Assembly: GCA_037447435.1 (NCBI GenBank)
Contig: JBBIGR010000004.1
Coordinates: 32,001 to 96,000, forward strand
DNA: 64,000 nt
DNA from: Fibrobacteria bacterium
Lineage (GTDB): Bacteria > Fibrobacterota > Chitinivibrionia > Chitinivibrionales > FEN-1185
Direction of reading: 5' to 3'
How positions within the stretch are numbered: position 1 is the stretch's first letter; each line of letters begins with the position of its first letter. The notes below the pieces were generated by a model. It was not told where the DNA came from, did no database searches, and worked only from the letters and a program-made list of their open reading frames with translations. The translations under genes and the position numbers were made by a program. This document shows positions 57,092 through 64,000 of this stretch, piece after piece.

Positions 57092-58594
57092 TTACGCGGT
57101 TTCCGCCAAATAATAAATGTTTTGCGGATCGACAAAATGATCGAAGATTTCCTCGTTATGGGAAATCATAAGCAGCGCAGCGCCTTGTTTTTGTTTTTCG
57201 GCGAGCAATTCCAGAACCTTCTTGACACTCACGAAATCCAGACCGTTGAGCGGTTCGTCGAGGATTATCAGGTCGGTTCCGAGCGCGAGGGTGCGCAATA
57301 GATTCAACCGTTGCTTTTGTCCGCCGCTTAAAAAAGCGACTTTTTTTGATAAAAACGCTTCGGAAAGGGGCTGCTCGAATAATTCATGAAGTTTATTTTT
57401 AATAGACTCTCGGTTTAATGCGGGTGTTAGCGGCAACCCTGCAAAGGTTTCACCGACACTCGATTGCAAATCCAAAGATTCATCGGCATGCTGAAACACC
57501 ATGCCCGCTCTTTTTCCCCATATTTTTTTTGCCAGTTTTTTCTGCGGCGTGTTCTCGTTTATCGCGATGCCGGATATTGTCAGGTCTGATTCCCGGCTTT
57601 TGTACAAACCGAGTATAACCTTGGCAAGCGTGGTTTTCCCCACGCCGCTGGGCGCTTTTACATACGCCATTTCGCCTTTGTTGATGACAAGGGTTTTCTC
57701 CCGCGAATGCGCGGCATCGCCGTACAAGCACAATTTTCTGCCGAATATTTTAAAATGCGGCGCCATTGTCAAAACCGGTTGCTGCGCGCCAGACGCCGAT
57801 ATGACCGGCTTACTTTTGTCAAGCCATGTCAAATAATCGTCGGCCGAAAAGTCGACCAGTTCCACCGCAGCGCCCTTGGAGCGACGTAACTCTTTCAAGT
57901 GAATGACGTCCAAAAGCGGTGTATACTTTGTATACAATTCGCTGATTACCGAATAATCGTGCGTAATAATCGTGACCGTAAACGGCTTGGTTTGATAGCA
58001 TTGGAAAAGCAAGCGGATGAAAAGATTTCTATAGGTATTGTCGAGGCTTCCGGTCGGTTCGTCGAACACGAAATAACTGGGCGAATCGGAGGTTTTTGTC
58101 TGCAAAAAAACATCGATCTTTTTGAACGCCATTGCAAGCAAAATACGCTGTTTTTCCCCGCCGCTCGGCCTGTAGGGCTTGGGAAATACGTCCAATATCC
58201 TTTTTACGGCATTTTCATCCGTTCCCCGCCATAAACGCATCATGATTTCCTGTTCGGCGTCCGATAGGGCCAAACTGCCTTCCCGCAATTGAGACGAAAT
58301 ATTGAGCAAGGGATTCAAATGCGAAGAAGGTTCCTGGAAAACAAAAAAACTGTTCTTTTTTATTTCTGCGGTTTTCGTTTCCTTCAAGTAGTCGGAATAT
58401 TTTTTACCATTGACCGATATATCGAGCTCGTCGCCGTCCAAAAGCCCGTAAATTGCTTTGGATATCATGGATTTGCCGATGCCCGATTCACCAAATAGAA
58501 AAGTAATTTGGTCGCGGGGCACCTCGTAGGAATCCACGGTGACTATCGGCCGCGAATGGGAATATACCTGTACGCTGAATTGGTCGTTTATCAT
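57092..58594 (-). CDS. ABC transporter ATPase with two fused nucleotide-binding domains (Opp/Dpp-like)
   Basis: Walker A 'GESGIGKS' and 'APSGVGKT'; signatures 'PSGGEKQR' and 'LSGGQKQR'; Walker B 'VFDEPT' and 'ILDEPL'. Confidence 0.9.
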   Translation of the reverse strand: MINDQFSVQVYSHSRPIVTVDSYEVPRDQITFLFGESGIGKSMISKAIYGLLDGDELDISVNGKKYSDYLKETKTAEIKKNSFFVFQEPSSHLNPLLNISSQLREGSLALSDAEQEIMMRLWRGTDENAVKRILDVFPKPYRPSGGEKQRILLAMAFKKIDVFLQTKTSDSPSYFVFDEPTGSLDNTYRNLFIRLLFQCYQTKPFTVTIITHDYSVISELYTKYTPLLDVIHLKELRRSKGAAVELVDFSADDYLTWLDKSKPVISASGAQQPVLTMAPHFKIFGRKLCLYGDAAHSREKTLVINKGEMAYVKAPSGVGKTTLAKVILGLYKSRESDLTISGIAINENTPQKKLAKKIWGKRAGMVFQHADESLDLQSSVGETFAGLPLTPALNRESIKNKLHELFEQPLSEAFLSKKVAFLSGGQKQRLNLLRTLALGTDLIILDEPLNGLDFVSVKKVLELLAEKQKQGAALLMISHNEEIFDHFVDPQNIYYLAETA

Positions 58595-59445
58595 AAACGA
58601 TGCCTCTGTGCGTATCCGTTGGCGATATGGAATGTACATACGAGTAAAAACACAATTAAAAATGCCACGGTAAGACCCTGCAAATGTTCGAAAAACAAAT
58701 TGCCGACGTACAACGGATGCGTCAATGCATAGCCGATTGCCAAAACATCCTGTTTACTGTCTATATTCGCCAGCATGCTGCCCATGGTCGCGGGCAATGC
58801 CGTCGCATTGACATCCGTCGAAAGCCCCACGGAAATGATAAAATCGACGCTGCATTGTAGAAATATTGCGGCGCCGAACACGGAAATCAATTTGTTGAAA
58901 ATGTGAATTCTGCTGTTTTTCCACAGTATGTCGATATTGATGATGCGCGACTCGGAAATGCCGCACACCTGCATCGCATTATAAAAATCGAGCTTTTTGT
59001 AATGCGCGATCCGCTCGCGCATCAAATCGACGAATTCGATGAATACGAACACGCTGATACTGACGGCAAGTAAAGGAAAAACCGGCAAAGCGCCCCGGAT
59101 AATCCCGTTTTGCAACATGATGCCGACCGCGATATAGCCGAATAAAATGCCCACGACTTGCGGGACCGATCGAATGGTGTTGAGCAAAAAGGTCACCAGC
59201 ATATAGCTCGCCCTGCGGTTATGACTTTCCAAATAATTCAGCACAAGGGTAACGATCCAGGCAAAAATCAATGTGAAAACAACGACAAGCAATGCAACGC
59301 ATATCGTATTAAAAAAACCGGAAACGACAAAACGCAATGCAGGCTTGTTCAAAAACAATGCATCCCAAACCCCGGTAACGAGCAGACCGAGGATCAGAAT
59401 CATTGCCCAACGAGAGTCTTTTTGTTTTAACACCGATGCATCCAT
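58591..59445 (-). CDS. Divergent ABC permease (OppC-like)
   Basis: Several TMs; 'NTIRSVP'; EAA-like loop 'DFYNAMQVCGISESRII..DIL'. Confidence 0.7.
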   Translation of the reverse strand: MDASVLKQKDSRWAMILILGLLVTGVWDALFLNKPALRFVVSGFFNTICVALLVVVFTLIFAWIVTLVLNYLESHNRRASYMLVTFLLNTIRSVPQVVGILFGYIAVGIMLQNGIIRGALPVFPLLAVSISVFVFIEFVDLMRERIAHYKKLDFYNAMQVCGISESRIINIDILWKNSRIHIFNKLISVFGAAIFLQCSVDFIISVGLSTDVNATALPATMGSMLANIDSKQDVLAIGYALTHPLYVGNLFFEHLQGLTVAFLIVFLLVCTFHIANGYAQRHRL

Positions 59446-59458
59446 GGACAGTCCCCGT

Positions 59459-59490
59459 GTAAAGTTCCCGGCCAAAGCCGGGAACTTTAC
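59459..59490. other. Perfect 14 bp intercistronic hairpin
   Basis: GTAAAGTTCCCGGC-CAAA-GCCGGGAACTTTAC between the two permease genes. Confidence 0.7.
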
Positions 59491-60551
59491 TTGTTTTCGT
59501 ATTTCTTTTCTTCTCTGTTAATAAGCAAATCGACAAATACTTCGGTGCCTTTTACCGTGTAAAAAATAAAAAGCACTATCACGATCACGATATCGTAATT
59601 TTTGTATAACAGCTGCCGCAAAAGTTCGTAGCTTAAATGCCCGTGGATATTCAAAGCCATTTCAATGATAATAAGCCCGGAAATCAGGAACGACGCCTGT
59701 TCTTTGACCGTCGATAAATACTGGTATCGTGCGTTTTTGTAAATGTGGTCGAACACGTGGCCGTCGAACGTTTTAAAAGGACGGAATATTTCCGCATACG
59801 AAATGCCGCCTTTTTCATGTTGACCGTATGCGTTGTTCAGGTTTTTAACGATTGCCGTATCGATATACCCTTTTCTGCTTTCCGCAGTCAAAAACGCAAA
59901 AAATTTATTCATATACGTGACGAGCAGGCCGTTGGAAATGACGCCGAGTAATGCCATAAAAATGATGGTGTCCGTGTTGAATTCGGTTCTGATGGAATAT
60001 GCGATAACGTAGGCAGGAGAAAACAGCACAAAGTAAGCCGCAGTGGTTCCGATAGCCTTCATAGCGGTTTTACTGCGGAATAAAAGCGATTTTTTCCTCT
60101 GTAAAAGCATTTGTTTTTTCCTGACAAACCTGTATACGCCAAGGGTTTGAACGCCGTAATACGTTAAAAGCATAACCACGATATACACGAGCAAAAACTT
60201 CACGTACATACCGCATAATTGAAGAATTTTCGCTCCCGACAATTTCTCTTCGATATATGATTTTTGAATCTTTTCCGAAAACTCTTTTTCCCTGCTTGCC
60301 AATATTTCATTGACGATAACGGCATTCGTATCGTATTGGTCGGGATAATACGCATTGATCACGTCTTTCAATAATGCCTTATGAAAGGAGTCCTTAAAAT
60401 CAACAAACCCCAGGTCGCCGTATGCCGAAAGCCGCGCCTTTTCCTTGTTTATGACCGCGTTAGAGGACGAACGCACGACAAAAAGTAAAAGCAAAAGAAG
60501 GACCGTAACGAAAACCACGCTGAAAAAATGCTCCGCCAGTTTCGTTTTCAT
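59487..60551 (-). CDS. Divergent ABC permease (OppB-like)
   Basis: N-terminal TM plus loop; EAA-like 'AESRKGYIDTAIVKNL'; 'LISGLIIIEMALNIHG'. Confidence 0.7.
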   Translation of the reverse strand: MKTKLAEHFFSVVFVTVLLLLLLFVVRSSSNAVINKEKARLSAYGDLGFVDFKDSFHKALLKDVINAYYPDQYDTNAVIVNEILASREKEFSEKIQKSYIEEKLSGAKILQLCGMYVKFLLVYIVVMLLTYYGVQTLGVYRFVRKKQMLLQRKKSLLFRSKTAMKAIGTTAAYFVLFSPAYVIAYSIRTEFNTDTIIFMALLGVISNGLLVTYMNKFFAFLTAESRKGYIDTAIVKNLNNAYGQHEKGGISYAEIFRPFKTFDGHVFDHIYKNARYQYLSTVKEQASFLISGLIIIEMALNIHGHLSYELLRQLLYKNYDIVIVIVLFIFYTVKGTEVFVDLLINREEKKYENK

Positions 60552-61486
60552 CGGATTTCCCCTGCCATGGGCTCGATCAGTATTTCTCCGTGAAGGGATT
60601 TTACCGCGTAGCGTTTGCCGATCAAAAGATTTTCAATGTCCCTGACAATATATCGCGAGCTTTCATCCAGCAACGCCGTGTTCCGGTACGGCGCATTGAG
60701 AACGCAGGAAACGGCATGATTTTGTATCGAACATTGCCAAAACGGAATGGTCTTCGACTGCCCCGTCACCGCGTTGAAATGATCGAAATATTGTCTATAG
60801 GTATCGTTTGCAGTTTGGAATCGCGCAAGGATGCGGCTTTCCAATTCTTTCGCAACGCTCGTGTCGGCTTCTTGCGCCGCGACGGTCGCTTTATGGAAAG
60901 CGTCGGCATTGCCCAATGCGCACCAGCAATATTGCGGCGGATGAGTGTCCCGTTTGACATACCATGCATTTCCATATTTAAATACGCGGATTACTTTCTC
61001 TCCCTTGCTTAAAAACCCCTTGGAAGGCCCGGGCATTAGTCCGATCGAGACGGCGACCGAACCCGACGAGACATATACCGTATCATTGACAAGCACACAT
61101 CCTTTTAAGACCGCGCGGCCGTCTTTGGACGATGCGCCCAGGAATTTCCCGGCATCGTCTTTTTGTAAAAACCATACTTTACCGTCGAGTTCGAAACGCA
61201 ACGCCTTGGTGATTTGGTCACCCAATATTTCTTCGTTGTTCACAATTTGCATTGGGGAAAATGAGACCAGCTCGTTTTGTTCCGATGCCGTAAGCGGCTG
61301 CTGGAACCGGTTCAAAACCGTGAATTTTTCCGGTTTGTCTATAATGAACATATCTGCGGTTTTCTGGGGAAACGCGGGAACGATAAGCGCAAGAACGAAT
61401 AGTACCGGCCAATACCGTGAAAAAACGGACCGCCCCTTTTTCGCCGGGAAAAAGGGGCCGTCACCCGAAGTAAATGGTAACGACAT
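60548..61486 (-). CDS. Hypothetical exported protein with SH3b-like segment, inside the ABC operon
   Basis: Hydrophobic leader 'YWPVLFVLALIVPAFP'; 'GFLSKGEKVIRVFKYGNAWYVK...QYCW'. Start uncertain. Confidence 0.6.
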   Translation of the reverse strand: MSLPFTSGDGPFFPAKKGRSVFSRYWPVLFVLALIVPAFPQKTADMFIIDKPEKFTVLNRFQQPLTASEQNELVSFSPMQIVNNEEILGDQITKALRFELDGKVWFLQKDDAGKFLGASSKDGRAVLKGCVLVNDTVYVSSGSVAVSIGLMPGPSKGFLSKGEKVIRVFKYGNAWYVKRDTHPPQYCWCALGNADAFHKATVAAQEADTSVAKELESRILARFQTANDTYRQYFDHFNAVTGQSKTIPFWQCSIQNHAVSCVLNAPYRNTALLDESSRYIVRDIENLLIGKRYAVKSLHGEILIEPMAGEIR

Positions 61487-61500
61487 TTTCAACGTTATCA

Positions 61501-63237
61501 CTACTGTTTGGCTTTTTCCTGCCATTTTTCGACCGTAGACAACTGTGAAGCAGTGCCGTACAAATCGATGGTCTTGTCGTCGAATTGCGTACTGAAGTAT
61601 GCCAAAGACGGCAACGAAAAGAGCCAGCTGGCCAGTGCGAGCTTTTGGTCGAGCTGGTCTATCATCTGTGAATATGCCTGCTTGTCCCCTATTTCGCTTG
61701 TCGCCATAAACCCGAACACGCAATCGAGCAATTTTTTAAGGTCTGCCTGTTCAGCGCCCGATTTGTTGGGATCGAGGCGGAAAAAGTTCTTGTCCCCGGA
61801 AACCGATTGCATATCGAGCGCGGGCTTTCCATTGGCGCCGGCAACGGTTTGCACATTGATTTTATACGATTCGAAATCGGGTTCGCGCATGAAAACCGGG
61901 TACAAATCAAAGAGGAAATTGCTTCGGTACCCGGAAAACGGCACCAGCACGGCATCGTAATTCCCCTTGCGGAGTTCCTCGTTGCTCACGGCCGTCACTT
62001 TAATTTTTCCGTGGAACATTGCTTGATCATTAAGAATTTCAACCAAATCCGACAATTCTTCCCTGAAATCGAAATTCAAACAGGTTTGGATACGGACCGT
62101 GTCCGGCAAAATCGACGGATCGGGACCTTGACGGTCCATAAGCGGGGAAACGACCTTTTCTTCGATATAATACGAAGTCGTCGGGAACACGCTATTGTTC
62201 AGATATTCGTTGTAATTGTCCCCGTCGCCTTTATAATTGGCAATATGCCGCTGTTGCGGGGAACGCATTTTGAAAAACCGGTCCATCACCATTTCGTTGT
62301 TGATGAGTTTGCGTAAAGCAACTCGTTGTTCGGTATTTAAGCGGTCGACATTGAAAAGCACCGCAAAAAAACAAGTCGCAATGCTCGATTTGGTGAAATA
62401 TTTGCTACTGTCCCGCAATATCGGAGAAATGGATCCGAAGGGTGTGGACAGAAGAGTATTGATATTCTTGTTTTTCAATTCGGTGGTATACGTGCTGTTG
62501 TCGATAAACGGCTTCAATATGAAATTGGTGATATGCGCTATCCCGTCGGGCACTTTGTGGAAATAAATGACGTCCTCGTATTCACCCGACATCAGGTACG
62601 GTCCGGTACCAACGGTATACGACGGCGCTTCCATGTCCGAGGTCGCAGGAAGGATTTTAAACGAAAGTACTTCTTTAATATCGCCTTCGGTCCAAATACG
62701 GTCGCCTTTGAATTGGAATTTTATCTCATTGTTCGCATCGGGCCCCGTGAAATCGAAATCCGGGAAAGCTTGCGAAACAAGGATATAGTCGGGCGAAAGG
62801 CTTCCCAGTTTTTGAATTCGTTTCAAAGTGAATTTCAGGTCAGGCGCCGAGAAAAACACGTCCTGCTTCGGCGCGATGGTCACCTTGGATTTTTCCATCG
62901 AAACCGAATAGCTTGAATGCCACTTGTGATTTTGCTTCAACCTAATCGATACGACATTTGTTTTCACGTCTATGCCGATGAACTCTCCCAGGCCGTCTTC
63001 ATAAGTTATTCCGCTCGAATTTGCGGAAACGTTGAACAATCCGTCGAATAGCACTTCGTCAAGTTTGTCGGCAATGGGTACCGAACTGGGAATATGCGGG
63101 TCTATGCGCGGTTTCTGATGGGCGATATACGGAATGACGATTGAATCCTTCAGGTTTTTGCCGAACACGAAAAAGTATACGAGCGCGGCCGCACAGGCAA
63201 CCAAAACGATACTCGAAACAATCAAAACCTTTTTCAT
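61501..63237 (-). CDS. Divergent family 5 ABC substrate-binding protein with N-terminal membrane anchor
   Basis: 'LDEVLFDGLF', 'IRLKQNHKWH', 'FSAPDLKFTL', 'VGTGPY'; ATG 63237 after GAGGG. Confidence 0.72.
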   Translation of the reverse strand: MKKVLIVSSIVLVACAAALVYFFVFGKNLKDSIVIPYIAHQKPRIDPHIPSSVPIADKLDEVLFDGLFNVSANSSGITYEDGLGEFIGIDVKTNVVSIRLKQNHKWHSSYSVSMEKSKVTIAPKQDVFFSAPDLKFTLKRIQKLGSLSPDYILVSQAFPDFDFTGPDANNEIKFQFKGDRIWTEGDIKEVLSFKILPATSDMEAPSYTVGTGPYLMSGEYEDVIYFHKVPDGIAHITNFILKPFIDNSTYTTELKNKNINTLLSTPFGSISPILRDSSKYFTKSSIATCFFAVLFNVDRLNTEQRVALRKLINNEMVMDRFFKMRSPQQRHIANYKGDGDNYNEYLNNSVFPTTSYYIEEKVVSPLMDRQGPDPSILPDTVRIQTCLNFDFREELSDLVEILNDQAMFHGKIKVTAVSNEELRKGNYDAVLVPFSGYRSNFLFDLYPVFMREPDFESYKINVQTVAGANGKPALDMQSVSGDKNFFRLDPNKSGAEQADLKKLLDCVFGFMATSEIGDKQAYSQMIDQLDQKLALASWLFSLPSLAYFSTQFDDKTIDLYGTASQLSTVEKWQEKAKQ

Positions 63238-63300
63238 CGAATCCCTCTCTTTCATCAAGTTAGTATCCGTACAAAATTATAAAACCCTCCGGTAAACGGA

Positions 63301-64000
63301 TCAGTTCTTTTTAATGATCGGTTTCTGGACCATGACGCTCACGGGAAACGATTTAAAAGAATGATGCGTAAACGAAATTTCAAGGATGTTATTCTGGTCC
63401 TTATTCATTTGCACCGGTGTAATCTGGCATTCGTAATCGTTTGCCGCGCTGGGCGCAGAAATGGTGAAACGCCCTTCGTTTTTGAGCGGCTTCTTATTCA
63501 ATAATATCTCGTCGTACCATTGGGTCGTGGCCGCGTTTTGAGCCACTTCTTTCGGCAATTTGATATTCACGTCATAGACGGGGAAGGTTGCGTCGGTCGG
63601 GATATCGACGTTGAGCCGCACATAATATTTGTTTTTCCCTTTCCGATTGTCGGAAATCGGCAATGCGAACACGCGGCGATATTCCTTGGGCTTGATGATC
63701 TTTTTGGCAAGCTGGGGATTGCATTCTGCGATACGGATTTTCAATTCCTTATCGTCGCCTTTATAATGGTTGCCGTGCGTTACCACTGCCCGCGCTTTGA
63801 GCACGCCGTTTTCTTCCGGATTTTTAATGAACTGCTCATAACACAGTTTGATCGCCTTTGCGGGGAAATCGTATTCCTTTAGTTTGGCAAGGTCCGCAAT
63901 GAGCGCGTTCTTTTTTGTAATGAGTTCGTTTTTCGAGCCCGACGAAAACGTCACGTTATACACGGGATAAAACACGGAATCCGAATACAGCGAATCCACA
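63301..64000 (-). CDS. Hypothetical protein, 5'-truncated by the window edge
   Basis: Frame runs to the window end, co-oriented with the ABC operon; beta-rich C-terminal domain. Confidence 0.65.
   Translation of the reverse strand, partial: VDSLYSDSVFYPVYNVTFSSGSKNELITKKNALIADLAKLKEYDFPAKAIKLCYEQFIKNPEENGVLKARAVVTHGNHYKGDDKELKIRIAECNPQLAKKIIKPKEYRRVFALPISDNRKGKNKYYVRLNVDIPTDATFPVYDVNIKLPKEVAQNAATTQWYDEILLNKKPLKNEGRFTISAPSAANDYECQITPVQMNKDQNNILEISFTHHSFKSFPVSVMVQKPIIKKN

Overview
Gene-dense 64 kb chromosomal window from a Gram-negative anaerobe, most likely Fibrobacterota (Chitinispirillum/Chitinivibrionia-like). That assignment is inferred from a fibro-slime domain, several T9SS-type C-terminal sorting domains and PorV-like barrels. 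Contents in order: a 5'-truncated T9SS cargo protein; a SirB1-like/TPR gene and a GT-C-like membrane protein; a four-gene type IV minor-pilin operon whose PilX-like subunit is fused to CBM4-like, F5/8 (CBM32-like) and fibro-slime domains; a nested REP-like palindrome; DUF5107 and GH3 genes; an acetyltransferase/glycosyltransferase cluster; a barrel + 1549 aa cargo + PorV-like operon; a parvulin PPIase; REC-GAF-HD-GYP; tRNA-Val(CAC); a membrane-spanning AraC sensor; a hybrid histidine kinase; a radical SAM enzyme; AlkD-like, CE4 and DUF4416 genes; a STAS gene followed by an rnfCD(G')EAB operon; an operon with a 1900 aa TPR protein, mltG, a barrel, an exported thioredoxin and a U32 protein; and a divergent Opp-like ABC system. 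The best candidates for undescribed biology are (1) an Rnf complex with RnfG reduced to a 63 aa membrane stub and degenerate FMN/NAD motifs in RnfC, and (2) a glycan-binding pilus tip built on a PilX-CBM-fibro-slime fusion with no adjacent PilY1. All family calls come from motifs recognised by eye; no database searches were run. No CRISPR array, rRNA, transposase or integrase was seen.
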